Sequence record: OP752703.1
Reading direction: 5' to 3' (one strand)
DNA: 64,000 nucleotides
The notes beneath the pieces are model-generated. The model saw only the letters and a list, made by a program, of their open reading frames with translations. It did not search any database and was not told where the DNA came from. Positions 28,929 through 37,791 of the stretch are shown here, one piece after another. Both the position numbers and the translations under genes were made by a program. Position 1 is the first letter of the stretch; the number at the start of each line of letters is the position of its first letter.

Positions 28929-29075
28929 ATGATTGATGAAGAAGACTTGGAAGAAGAAGTCGAAGAAGAGATTGATCCTGAAACTGAATTAAGAATTGAG
29001 GCTCGTAAGAGTATTCAGAACGCTATCGCTTATATGAATATGGGTCGTAGATTCTGTTGTGGAGGTAATGAATGA
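28929..29075 (+). CDS. Small acidic protein (48 aa, not in the ORF track)
   Basis: MIDEEDLEEEVEEEIDPETELRIEARKSIQNAIAYMNMGRRFCCGGNE*; AAGGA RBS; ATGA overlap. Confidence 0.55.
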   Translation: MIDEEDLEEEVEEEIDPETELRIEARKSIQNAIAYMNMGRRFCCGGNE

Positions 29076-29671
29076 GTATCCCCAATCTACGTAACGTTTA
29101 CCGTCAGCCTGTAAAGGGAAACTTTGAAACAGATGAATACTGTTTCTTTTGGGCTGGTCCTTTCTCTAACTGGCATCCTAGTGTGTTCAAGTACGATGGT
29201 GTAACATACAACTGTGCCGAGCAGGGTATGATGCATCAAAAGGCTATCCTATTCGGCGACCTAGAATCAGCCGACCTTATCATGAAGACCGATGACCCGA
29301 AGCTACAGAAGGCTCTAGGTCGTGGCGTGAAGGGTTATGTAGAATCGGAGTGGGTAGATAAACGATATGATATTGTTTACGGTCTTCTGCACGCTAAGTT
29401 TGACCAGAACATTGATCTTGCCGACATTCTTCTAGCAACTGATGATCTATGCATTGTGGAAGCTTCCCCTTACGATAAGGTGTGGGGGATTGCGATGGGT
29501 GTAGACAAGTACCCTCAGATTCTTGATAAAAGGAACTGGAAGGGTGAAAACCTATTAGGTAGTATCTTGATGGATGTTCGTTATGACTTCCAGCAAATTA
29601 GATATTATGAGTCTGTCAATGATGAAGTCATGGGGGAAATGGAATGTGACCAATATAGTATACACTCTTGA
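29072..29671 (+). CDS. NADAR (YbiA-like) family hydrolase
   Basis: PFSNWH, AEQGMMHQKA.LFGD, VEASPYDKVWGI, GENLLGSILM. Confidence 0.9.
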   Translation: MSIPNLRNVYRQPVKGNFETDEYCFFWAGPFSNWHPSVFKYDGVTYNCAEQGMMHQKAILFGDLESADLIMKTDDPKLQKALGRGVKGYVESEWVDKRYDIVYGLLHAKFDQNIDLADILLATDDLCIVEASPYDKVWGIAMGVDKYPQILDKRNWKGENLLGSILMDVRYDFQQIRYYESVNDEVMGEMECDQYSIHS

Positions 29672-29903
29672 TAAGGCTAAGGATAACGTACCTCCTAAAG
29701 TAACGGAGCATAGTGGCAATGTGTTTACTATCATTAATCCAAAAAAACTTTTTGAACAATGGTGCGATTTAAATCTTAGTGTGAAACAATATACTACCGT
29801 AAAGAAATTCATATGGTTTGATTTACATGAGCTAATACCCCATCGTATAATGGCTTCTCCGAACACCCACTTCGTCGGTTGTACGTATCATCCTAAAGTA
29901 TAA
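29646..29903 (+). CDS. Hypothetical protein (probable GTG start)
   Basis: Open frame with GGGGGA upstream. Confidence 0.45.
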   Translation: MTNIVYTLDKAKDNVPPKVTEHSGNVFTIINPKKLFEQWCDLNLSVKQYTTVKKFIWFDLHELIPHRIMASPNTHFVGCTYHPKV

Positions 29904-30057
29904 AATATGCAATTATATCCAAGTAACCCATTGAAATCAAAGTTACATTTATTCTTGTCGAACTACGATGCGGATGATGATATGGCGGTTCTTCATTTCG
30001 TAGAAGCTAGAACACATAATGTTGTACTGAAAATTGTAAACATATAAAGGAAAATAC

Positions 30058-30360
30058 ATGAACGCATTTCTAGAAAGTTTTAAGGCTGAACGATGGAAGA
30101 GTCAGTACATTCGTTACAAGCCGGAAGAAGAAAAGGGTACTTTGGTGTATTACGTCACGGTTCCACCGGACGATGCAAAGGCATTCGAGTTGGTTGAGCA
30201 GGCACTTGAAAATGCTGTTGAGTTCGACCATGTAGTAGGTGTCAATGTGGAATCGGTTGTCGATCTATTCGACAAGAGTAAGATGAACCAGATCATCCGC
30301 TTTGACTACGACAAAGACAAGGTGTATACTTGGCATCAGCCGGAAGGCGTGATTTCGTAA
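30058..30360 (+). CDS. Hypothetical protein
   Basis: AAGGA RBS; typical codon usage. Confidence 0.75.
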   Translation: MNAFLESFKAERWKSQYIRYKPEEEKGTLVYYVTVPPDDAKAFELVEQALENAVEFDHVVGVNVESVVDLFDKSKMNQIIRFDYDKDKVYTWHQPEGVIS

Positions 30361-30558
30361 TAATGTTAAGAAGAATTTTAAGAAAGCTATTATCATTGAT
30401 ACCACATAATAGTGGTGAATATGTTATATGGTCTATAGACCCTCGTACTTGTAGGTCGAAATTATATTATTCTTCACATAAAGCATTGTATCAGCACTAT
30501 CAGCGTCAATTTGACGCTGCAAATAAATTGTCTAATATATTAGACAAAAGGAAAAATA

Positions 30559-30771
30559 ATGGCATCAAATCTAAGCAAGAAGTTTGAAGAAGTAGTAAAG
30601 GCATCTGATCGATTTACTTCGGAATGGTCAAATACATTGGGTTCATTCAATCCTAACAGTCCTAGCAGTCAGCGTGACAAGGACATTCTAGTAATGCGCT
30701 TTGAAGGATTAAAGGAAGCTGTCGAGAAGCTAGGTGAAGCTTTGGAAGAAACAAAAGTTTCGCAGGACTAA
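30559..30771 (+). CDS. Hypothetical protein
   Basis: AAGGA RBS. Confidence 0.7.
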   Translation: MASNLSKKFEEVVKASDRFTSEWSNTLGSFNPNSPSSQRDKDILVMRFEGLKEAVEKLGEALEETKVSQD

Positions 30772-31240
30772 GAGTCCATCGGAAAAGAAATACCAATATA
30801 AAGGAATATTTAAATTGTCTTCAATACCCATGGCAATCATCAAAGCCAAACGCAATCTATTCACATACGTCTATCAATTGTATGGTAAACCCTATAACAG
30901 CTTAGGTGCCTTATTGGCGATGCCGACTCATGATGGGGAATTTGCACCATTTGCAGTTATCGTTAAAGAATATAACGATGATGATGATAATGTGTCTATT
31001 CTTCTTCTTGAAGAGAATGTAGGTTCTAATGATCCCATTGGAAAATACCTATACTCATTAGGAGAGATTCTTGTAACACAGGATCAGCTTAGTGAGGAAA
31101 CCATTAATTGTTTCAACGGATATATCAATAAAGTAGTATTTACCCAATTCCCCGAACTAAAAGTACAGTATGATAGTCTTAAAGGACTACCGAAACTGAG
31201 TAAGTTTAGTTTAAAGCCAGTGAATGATTCTTACATCTGA
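30734..31240 (+). CDS. Hypothetical protein (start uncertain)
   Basis: 168-aa open frame, AT-rich. Confidence 0.6.
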   Translation: MKLWKKQKFRRTKSPSEKKYQYKGIFKLSSIPMAIIKAKRNLFTYVYQLYGKPYNSLGALLAMPTHDGEFAPFAVIVKEYNDDDDNVSILLLEENVGSNDPIGKYLYSLGEILVTQDQLSEETINCFNGYINKVVFTQFPELKVQYDSLKGLPKLSKFSLKPVNDSYI

Positions 31241-31268
31241 CAGATACAACATTCTAAGTACCGACGCA

Positions 31269-31294
31269 TAAATAACTCCTATACATTAGGAGTT
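31269..31294 (+). promoter_or_regulatory. Late promoter plus RBS-sequestering hairpin of the homing endonuclease
   Basis: TAAATA 31269-31274; AACTCCTA-tacat-TAGGAGTT hides the AGGAG RBS. Confidence 0.75.
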
Positions 31295-31297
31295 TTT

Positions 31298-32086
31298 ATG
31301 TTTGTGGTATATGGTTTGTATTATGATAGTAATCTGTTTTATATCGGAAAGACTACAGCCGATAGAGTTGGCCTTCGTCTAGTAGAACACAAGTCTGCAT
31401 CTAAGAAGGCAGCATATCTTGTTACTAGAAAGATCAACAAGCTTCTACGAGAAGGATATGAAGTAGCCATAAGGGTTCTGCATACTTTCGACAATGAAGA
31501 AGCGCAGTTAGCAAAAGAAGTAGAGTTAATCGAATTCTATGGCAAAGTGAATGATGGAGGTATCCTCTATAACTCTGCTGACGGTGGTATAGGTGTAATT
31601 GGTTATACACATACCGAAGAATCTAAAAAGAAAATGTCGCTTGCTAAGATCGGGAATAAGAACAACGTTGGCGTAAAGCGACCAGATATGGTTAAGCGTT
31701 GGGCTAAGAAAGTTTACCTCTATGATTTGGATGGCAACCCGCTTGACAAAGAATATGAATCATGCCATGCTGCTGGCGAAGATTTAGGTATCTCTCATAA
31801 GAAAGTAAGTGAACATATTAGGTTCAATAGAAAGTGTAAAGTTGACAGATGGTCGGACTATATTCAATTCTCTTATGATGATGTGGAAAAGCTCCCAGCA
31901 TATGAAGAGAATAGGAAATTGAAGCGTGTCGTTCAAAACACTCTTGACGGTGACTTAGTTATGGAGTATGATTCAGTTCAAGATGTACTAGATAAGAATC
32001 CAACATTCAAGAAGGCTTCTATCGTAAGTGCATGTAACGGTACTACTAAACATGCTTACAAGTTCAATTGGAAGTATGTGGAATAA
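31298..32086 (+). mobile_element. Free-standing GIY-YIG homing endonuclease with NUMOD3/NUMOD1-like DNA-binding repeats
   Basis: VYGL...FYIGKT...RL.EH; NSADGG; HTEESKKKMS; KKVYLYDLDG and RVVQNTLDG repeats. Confidence 0.85.
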
Positions 32087-32144
32087 ATAGTGGTATAATC
32101 TAAGGAGCCAATCATGAACGATAAGAACGGATGGTAACTTAAAA

Positions 32145-32195
32145 AGGGGTTTGGTAGTCAAACCCCTTGACTTACAGGCAGAGACGCCTTATAAT
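32145..32195 (+). promoter_or_regulatory. Sigma70 promoter for nadV overlapping an inverted repeat
   Basis: TTGACT 32167-N17-TATAAT 32190; AAGGGGTTTG-gtagt-CAAACCCCTT. Confidence 0.75.
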
Positions 32196-32264
32196 TCTCA
32201 ACATCGAAACACAACAACAACTCAACGTAACAAATTCATTCAATCACTAAGGAGTTTAGGATAT

Positions 32265-33674
32265 ATGAATATTAATACTGACAACATCGTGCTTAGAACC
32301 GACGGATATAAAGTGCTTCAATACAAGCAGTATCCGCCGAAGACCACTAAGGTATTCTCATACGGTGCATCACGCGGTAGCAAGTACACTGATAAGACCC
32401 TATTCGCCGGTCTACAGTACTACCTAAAGGCTAATCTAGCCAAGCCCCTAACCCACGCAGACATTGACTTTGCTAAGATCGTCCTAGACGCTTATGGTAC
32501 GGGCTTCAATGAAGCTGGCTGGCGCTACATCGTAGACAAGCACGCTGGCATCTTCCCGCTACGTATCCGTTCACTACCGGAAGGAACTATTGTACCAACT
32601 GGTACGGTTCTATACACGGTTGAGAACACGGACAGCGAATGCTTCTGGCTTGTCAGCTACCTAGAGACTGCAATTCTTCGTGACGTATGGTACATGACCA
32701 CGGTCGCTACCAACTCGCGTCTATGTAAGGAAGTAATCCTAGAAGGTCTAGAGAAGACTTCGGACAACGCTGCCGATCAGGAAGTGATGTTCAAGCTACA
32801 CGACTTCGGCGCTCGCGGTGTTAGTTCACACGAAAGTGCTGGTATGGGCGGTCTGTCGCACATCATCAACTTCAATGGTTCGGACACCCTAGAAGGTATT
32901 ACGTTCGCTATGAAGTACTATGACGCACCGGTCAGTGCATTCGGTATTCCGGCTTCGGAACACAGCACGATCACGTCATGGGGCCGTAATGGTGAGTACG
33001 ACGCTTATGCCAACATGGTTGAACAGTTTGCAAAGCCGGGTGCAATCTTCGCTTGCGTAAGTGATAGCTACAACATTTACGAAGCTGCACGTGGCTGGGC
33101 AACCTCGGGTCTACTAGACAAGGTTAAGGAAAAGGGTGCCATCGCGGTTATCCGTCCTGACAGTGGCGATGCAATGACTGTTCCGATCAAGATCATTGAA
33201 ATCCTTATGGAAGAAGTTGGTTACACGGTCAACAGTAAGGGTTTCAAGGTTCTACCTGACCACGTTCGCGTAATTCAGGGTGACGGCATCAACCGTGAAT
33301 CGCTAAAGGTTCTAGTTCAGAACATGATCGACGCCGGTCTAAGCCTAAGCAACCTAGCCTTCGGTATGGGTGGCGGTCTACTACAGCACGTCAACCGTGA
33401 CGATCTAAAGTTCGCACAGAAGTGCAGTGCTGCTCAGGTCGCTGGTGTATGGCGTGATGTTTACAAAGACCCGGTGGATTCACCGGACAAGAAGTCGCTA
33501 AAGGGTCGCTTGTCGGTCATTCGTAATGTAGAAACGGGCGAGTACCGTAACCACGTAACGGATTACCCGATTCCCGAAGGCTTTGAAGATGCGATGGTAA
33601 TCGTATACGACAATGGCATCGTGGACAGTGCAATGCTAACGCTTGAACAGGTTCGCGCTAACTCGAACAAGTGA
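32265..33674 (+). CDS. nadV: Nicotinamide phosphoribosyltransferase (NAMPT)
   Basis: TDGYK, LHDFGARG, PASEHS, VSDSY, IRPDSGD, IQGDG, FGMGGGLL; start from AGGAG/AGGA RBS. Confidence 0.95.
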   Translation: MNINTDNIVLRTDGYKVLQYKQYPPKTTKVFSYGASRGSKYTDKTLFAGLQYYLKANLAKPLTHADIDFAKIVLDAYGTGFNEAGWRYIVDKHAGIFPLRIRSLPEGTIVPTGTVLYTVENTDSECFWLVSYLETAILRDVWYMTTVATNSRLCKEVILEGLEKTSDNAADQEVMFKLHDFGARGVSSHESAGMGGLSHIINFNGSDTLEGITFAMKYYDAPVSAFGIPASEHSTITSWGRNGEYDAYANMVEQFAKPGAIFACVSDSYNIYEAARGWATSGLLDKVKEKGAIAVIRPDSGDAMTVPIKIIEILMEEVGYTVNSKGFKVLPDHVRVIQGDGINRESLKVLVQNMIDAGLSLSNLAFGMGGGLLQHVNRDDLKFAQKCSAAQVAGVWRDVYKDPVDSPDKKSLKGRLSVIRNVETGEYRNHVTDYPIPEGFEDAMVIVYDNGIVDSAMLTLEQVRANSNK

Positions 33675-33730
33675 TTGACTTTACAACACAGTAAGACTAG
33701 AATGGCCCTACTAACCTAGGGCCATTTTTT
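33675..33730 (+). promoter_or_regulatory. Promoter fused to a terminator hairpin
   Basis: TTGACT-N17-TAGAAT; AATGGCCCTA-ctaacc-TAGGGCCATT(TTT). Confidence 0.7.
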
Positions 33731-34039
33731 ATGCAGGAAGCTGAATTAGACTTCTCGATAATTGTTAAAGCTAAACAGCTAGCTAACAAATATCCAGAAC
33801 AATATGAATATTTCTACAATACTACTGGTGATATTCATATGTTTTACATCAATGTTGGTGTAGGCGGTGGAGTTAGGATTGAAATATATCCATTCTTCAA
33901 TTATCCGTATAAGCAGTTAAGTAAATATGATGTTTACTCGCCCTCATTTAAACGAGAAAAGAACGCTGTATTCGTAACTAAGATTTCAAACGAATGGACA
34001 GTCATGAGAGACAATTCAAGGAATACACATGAAAAATGA
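33731..34039 (+). CDS. Hypothetical protein
   Basis: AT-rich ORF. Confidence 0.6.
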   Translation: MQEAELDFSIIVKAKQLANKYPEQYEYFYNTTGDIHMFYINVGVGGGVRIEIYPFFNYPYKQLSKYDVYSPSFKREKNAVFVTKISNEWTVMRDNSRNTHEK

Positions 34040-34784
34040 TTATATTAACATCTTCGCAGAAGAAAGCCGCAATAGTTATAATAAATGCTATGATATAACT
34101 TTAGTTATGATTAAAAAGGCAGTAACTCGTTACCCAAGTAGATTCTCTGTAGAAGTGTTCGATAATGGTAATTCGTTTGTACTTAAAGATAAGGAAGAAG
34201 GAATCTATAGATTCAGTAGGCATAATAAACCTATAACTGATGCTTACTATTCAGATCAATCTTCCCGAATTATGTCTACTGAACTTGCATCACTTTGTTC
34301 TCGTTTAGATTCGATCTGTGCTGAAAACAACAAGTGGAACGCCCGCTTTCTAAATCTAGCTAAGACTGTTGCAGCTTATTCCAAAGACCCATCCACTAAG
34401 GTCGGTGCTGTGATTGTAGATGATGACGACAACGTTAGAACGATTGGCTACAATGGTTTCCCTCGCGGCGTAAAGGATACAGAAGAACGACTAAATGATC
34501 GTTCGATTAAGTATCCTCTAACAGTTCATGCAGAGTTGAATGCCATTTGTACCTGTGCTAGAGTAGGCGTACCTACTAAGGGTGCGACAATGGTATGTAC
34601 CCACTTCCCTTGTGCAGACTGCGCTGGTGCAATCGTTCAGGCAGGCTTTAAGGAAGTAGTGGTTCTAGCCCCAAGTGAGGATTTCGATTCTCGCTGGAAT
34701 GAAACTAATAACTTCGCTCGCACAATCTTTACCGAAGGTAACGTTGATGTGATAGTCTTCACAGAAGACGAAATAAAGGAATAA
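34029..34784 (+). CDS. dCMP deaminase with an N-terminal extension of about 105 aa
   Basis: SKDPSTKVGAVI, GYNGFPRG, HAELNAI, PCADC. Confidence 0.92.
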   Translation: MKNDYINIFAEESRNSYNKCYDITLVMIKKAVTRYPSRFSVEVFDNGNSFVLKDKEEGIYRFSRHNKPITDAYYSDQSSRIMSTELASLCSRLDSICAENNKWNARFLNLAKTVAAYSKDPSTKVGAVIVDDDDNVRTIGYNGFPRGVKDTEERLNDRSIKYPLTVHAELNAICTCARVGVPTKGATMVCTHFPCADCAGAIVQAGFKEVVVLAPSEDFDSRWNETNNFARTIFTEGNVDVIVFTEDEIKE

Positions 34785-34788
34785 TGGT

Positions 34789-35424
34789 ATGACCACCGAC
34801 CCACTAGATTTCTTGGATGGCCTAATCGCTAAAGACAAGATGATCGCTGATATGAACATTCAATCGCCAGTTGTATATAACCCTACGTTCTTGACCAAGG
34901 ACGAAGCGGATGCGTATTACAACTATTTCTTAAACATTGAGTGGGACGAACGTACTCCGGCTCGCCGTGAGGCTTTCTACTCGACCGTAGGAAAGGATTA
35001 CACGTATGGTTCGGGTGAGTTCGCCCGTACTTACACCCCACGTTCTATGCACGATGAATCTAATCTACTGCACCTTTCCAATAAGTCATTTTTGGCGTTC
35101 ACTGAATCGTACTTCAAGCCATTTGAACTATGCTTCTTGAACCGTTACGAGAATGAGAAACAGCAATTGGGCTGGCACGCTGATGACGATACTGCCATCG
35201 ACCACACGCGTCCGATTGCCGTAATCTCTCTAGGCGCTGAACGTGAAATTTACATCAAGCCGATTGGTGGTAAGGATTCAGAGAAGGAGAAGATTCGTCT
35301 TGCTCACGGTTCTCTGCTATTGATGCTACCGGGTATGCAGCAGACTCATGTTCACAGAATTCCTAAGAACGACCGTCCGTGCGGCCCTCGTATCTCACTA
35401 ACCTATCGAGGTTACATTGGCTAA
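34789..35424 (+). CDS. alkB: AlkB-family 2OG-Fe(II) dioxygenase
   Basis: WHADDD, ISLGAER, HGSLLLM, HRIPK, RISLTYR. Confidence 0.9.
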   Translation: MTTDPLDFLDGLIAKDKMIADMNIQSPVVYNPTFLTKDEADAYYNYFLNIEWDERTPARREAFYSTVGKDYTYGSGEFARTYTPRSMHDESNLLHLSNKSFLAFTESYFKPFELCFLNRYENEKQQLGWHADDDTAIDHTRPIAVISLGAEREIYIKPIGGKDSEKEKIRLAHGSLLLMLPGMQQTHVHRIPKNDRPCGPRISLTYRGYIG

Positions 35425-35800
35425 CATTTCTCACGAACAACTGAGCAAACTAACAGAAGGTCAATTATTTGATCTTAGTCAGACTATCATTGCCAACTTG
35501 AAGAAGAGGGCAACTAGAGTACAGCCGAAGACATACCATATCATCCAACATTACTCTGGATGTTATACTTTCCCTCCTTACACTACGCAGACTCCGAATT
35601 TCATCAAGGACGAATTTGCGAAGTTCAAGGAAAAATTTAAGAACTTTGTTCAGACTGACCCTAAAACCGGGCGTATACATGTGTCCCCCGTAGCTTACTA
35701 TCATTTCATCAGAAAGTTCTACAAGTATATCAAAGATGAAGATGCTAGTCCTGTAGAATTGAAATTTGAAATTGTATTAAAGGAAGACCCTACTAGGTAA
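35417..35800 (+). CDS. Hypothetical protein (TTG start)
   Basis: Open frame with GAGG upstream. Confidence 0.6.
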   Translation: MANISHEQLSKLTEGQLFDLSQTIIANLKKRATRVQPKTYHIIQHYSGCYTFPPYTTQTPNFIKDEFAKFKEKFKNFVQTDPKTGRIHVSPVAYYHFIRKFYKYIKDEDASPVELKFEIVLKEDPTR

Positions 35801-35820
35801 TGTCAGCATCAATATGTGAG

Positions 35821-35862
35821 TTGACTAGTAGGGTAGACTAGGCTATACTAACCCTACTATTT
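35821..35862 (+). promoter_or_regulatory. Promoter with -10 inside a hairpin loop
   Basis: TTGACT-N17-TATACT; TAGTAGGGT...ACCCTACTA plus T-run. Confidence 0.7.
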
Positions 35863-35878
35863 TTAAGGAATACAAACA

Positions 35879-36409
35879 ATGTCAACGATCATTGTAATGA
35901 CTGGCCTTCCGGGGTCAGGGAAGGACACTTGGATCAATAATTTCCTAAAGTCAGAGCGTGGTTCAACCTATAAGGTTGTCAGCACTGATATGTACTTGGA
36001 AGAGATTGCAAAGGAAGAAGGTCTAACCTATAACGATGTATTTGAAGAGCGCTTTAGGGACGCTGAGAAGCGTATGAATGCTGCTGTTCAGGTATACGTT
36101 AAGGAAGACGTGGACGTTATCTGGAACCAGACTAACCTCGGGTTGAAGAAGCGTGCAAAGATTCTTAACATCTTTAAGAAGTATGAGAACAAGTTCTGTA
36201 TCTCCATCATCATTGATGAAGACGTTCACCGTCAGCGTCTCGATGCTCGCGCAGAACGTGAAGGAAAGACTATCTCTGAGTCAGTGATTCGTAAGATGAA
36301 CTACGACCGAGTAGAGCCTTCTCTAGAGGAAGGATTCCATTCAGTAATGGTTCTGGATACTTCTGGCGATACTCCTGAGTTGGTGTCGTTTACTCAGGTT
36401 CAACACTAA
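35879..36409 (+). CDS. P-loop polynucleotide kinase-like protein
   Basis: VMTGLPGSGKDTW, VSTDMY, WNQTNL, RLDAR. Confidence 0.8.
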   Translation: MSTIIVMTGLPGSGKDTWINNFLKSERGSTYKVVSTDMYLEEIAKEEGLTYNDVFEERFRDAEKRMNAAVQVYVKEDVDVIWNQTNLGLKKRAKILNIFKKYENKFCISIIIDEDVHRQRLDARAEREGKTISESVIRKMNYDRVEPSLEEGFHSVMVLDTSGDTPELVSFTQVQH

Positions 36410-36420
36410 CTAAATTATAG

Positions 36421-36461
36421 TTGACAAGTCAAACGCCGCTAGTTATACTAGCGGCGTTTTC
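36421..36461 (+). promoter_or_regulatory. Promoter with -10 at the loop of a 12-bp hairpin
   Basis: TTGACA-N17-TATACT; AAACGCCGCTAG-ttata-CTAGCGGCGTTT. Confidence 0.8.
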
Positions 36462-36479
36462 AATTTCAAGGAATAACAA

Positions 36480-37790
36480 ATGGCTGTTATGCTGGTCGAA
36501 TCGACCGATCCCAATCTATCGTTCCATCTTAAAAAGAACCCTGCCACTGGCTTGGTTGTAAAGCGTATGCGTAAGGGCGCACTATCTGGCTGGTATCCTA
36601 ACGGTGATACACAGAAGTACGCACTGTTCTTCCACGATGACACCAACAACTCTTCATTTGCTAACGATGGAAAGAACTACACTGATATGACGCGCTACAC
36701 CAGCACGTACTTCGTGTTCCATTCCATTAGCACTATGTTCAGTTCGGTTCTAAAGCTGGATGCTTCGCAGCAAGTATTCAAGCACAAGATCACCATTCCG
36801 TCTGTGCAGATGCGTGCAGAGAAGACCATTGGTCATCTTAACAAGTTCTTGAACCTTGGCCTAACCGTAACCAAGAAGTCTGAGGGCATCGATAGCCTCG
36901 CGCTATATTCGGTCACGTTGGAGCTAGAATCGACGTTCAATGAGTTCATGATGCGTACCTACGTACTCTTCTACCTTCTTCACGCAGACCTGTTCCAGAG
37001 CGATCTAGGCTATATGGAAGGTATGATTGAAAAGGTTACCAAGATTCTAGTAGAGCTAAAGGCTGAATACTTCCTATGGTATCTGTTCAATAAGAACATC
37101 ATCTGCCGTGAATCAACATTCAAGAAGCTACAGCCGACTCTAGGCAACGGTAGCCAAGACGGAAAGATTGAACTACACTATGGCGGAACGCAGCAGCAAC
37201 GCAAGGCGTTCGTTGACTCCCAAATGGACTTCAAAAATGATGTATTGGATATTGGTTGCGGTGAGGGTTATTTCCTACTACCGTATGCTAAAAAACTTCA
37301 TAATGGTAAAACGATTACTGGCGTCGATAAGGACGCAAGGCTTATCAACGGTATTGCTAACAAGGTTGAAGACCGTAAGCAAGAAGATAAGGTAAGTCTG
37401 TTCACGTCGATGGACGATTTCTACGCACAATATGATAATTCTGTCAAGGATATTATCTGTGTTGAAGTAATCGAACATATGCCTGAGAAGGATGCGTTTA
37501 ACCTTCTACGTGAAGCTTTGATGAAGGTTCGTTTCCGTAAGGCAATCATCACGACTCCGAACCGCGACTTTAATCAATTCTACAAGACTATGGTTGGTTT
37601 CCGTCATGACGATCATCACTTTGAATTTAATAATGCAGAGTTTGAGGCATTCATCAAATCGGTAAATGATTCGATCTGGATGGAAGAAGACTGTCCGTAT
37701 TGGGAATTTGAATACATGCCCGTAGGCGATATCGTCAACGGTATCTCAATGGCTCAGGCCGTTGTAATCACTAACAAGATGGAAGAATAA
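36480..37790 (+). CDS. hen1: Hen1-type 3'-terminal RNA 2'-O-methyltransferase
   Basis: N-terminal LSFHLKKNP; VLDIGCGEG; VEVIEHM; TTPNRDFN; FRHDDHHFEF. Confidence 0.88.
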   Translation: MAVMLVESTDPNLSFHLKKNPATGLVVKRMRKGALSGWYPNGDTQKYALFFHDDTNNSSFANDGKNYTDMTRYTSTYFVFHSISTMFSSVLKLDASQQVFKHKITIPSVQMRAEKTIGHLNKFLNLGLTVTKKSEGIDSLALYSVTLELESTFNEFMMRTYVLFYLLHADLFQSDLGYMEGMIEKVTKILVELKAEYFLWYLFNKNIICRESTFKKLQPTLGNGSQDGKIELHYGGTQQQRKAFVDSQMDFKNDVLDIGCGEGYFLLPYAKKLHNGKTITGVDKDARLINGIANKVEDRKQEDKVSLFTSMDDFYAQYDNSVKDIICVEVIEHMPEKDAFNLLREALMKVRFRKAIITTPNRDFNQFYKTMVGFRHDDHHFEFNNAEFEAFIKSVNDSIWMEEDCPYWEFEYMPVGDIVNGISMAQAVVITNKMEE

Positions 37791-37791
37791 A

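Noticed and set aside
31240-32265. Group I intron hosting the GIY-YIG endonuclease
   Set aside because: Flanking ORFs are not two halves of one gene (nadV is intact with its own promoter), and I could not identify P7 or other core elements; treated as free-standing.
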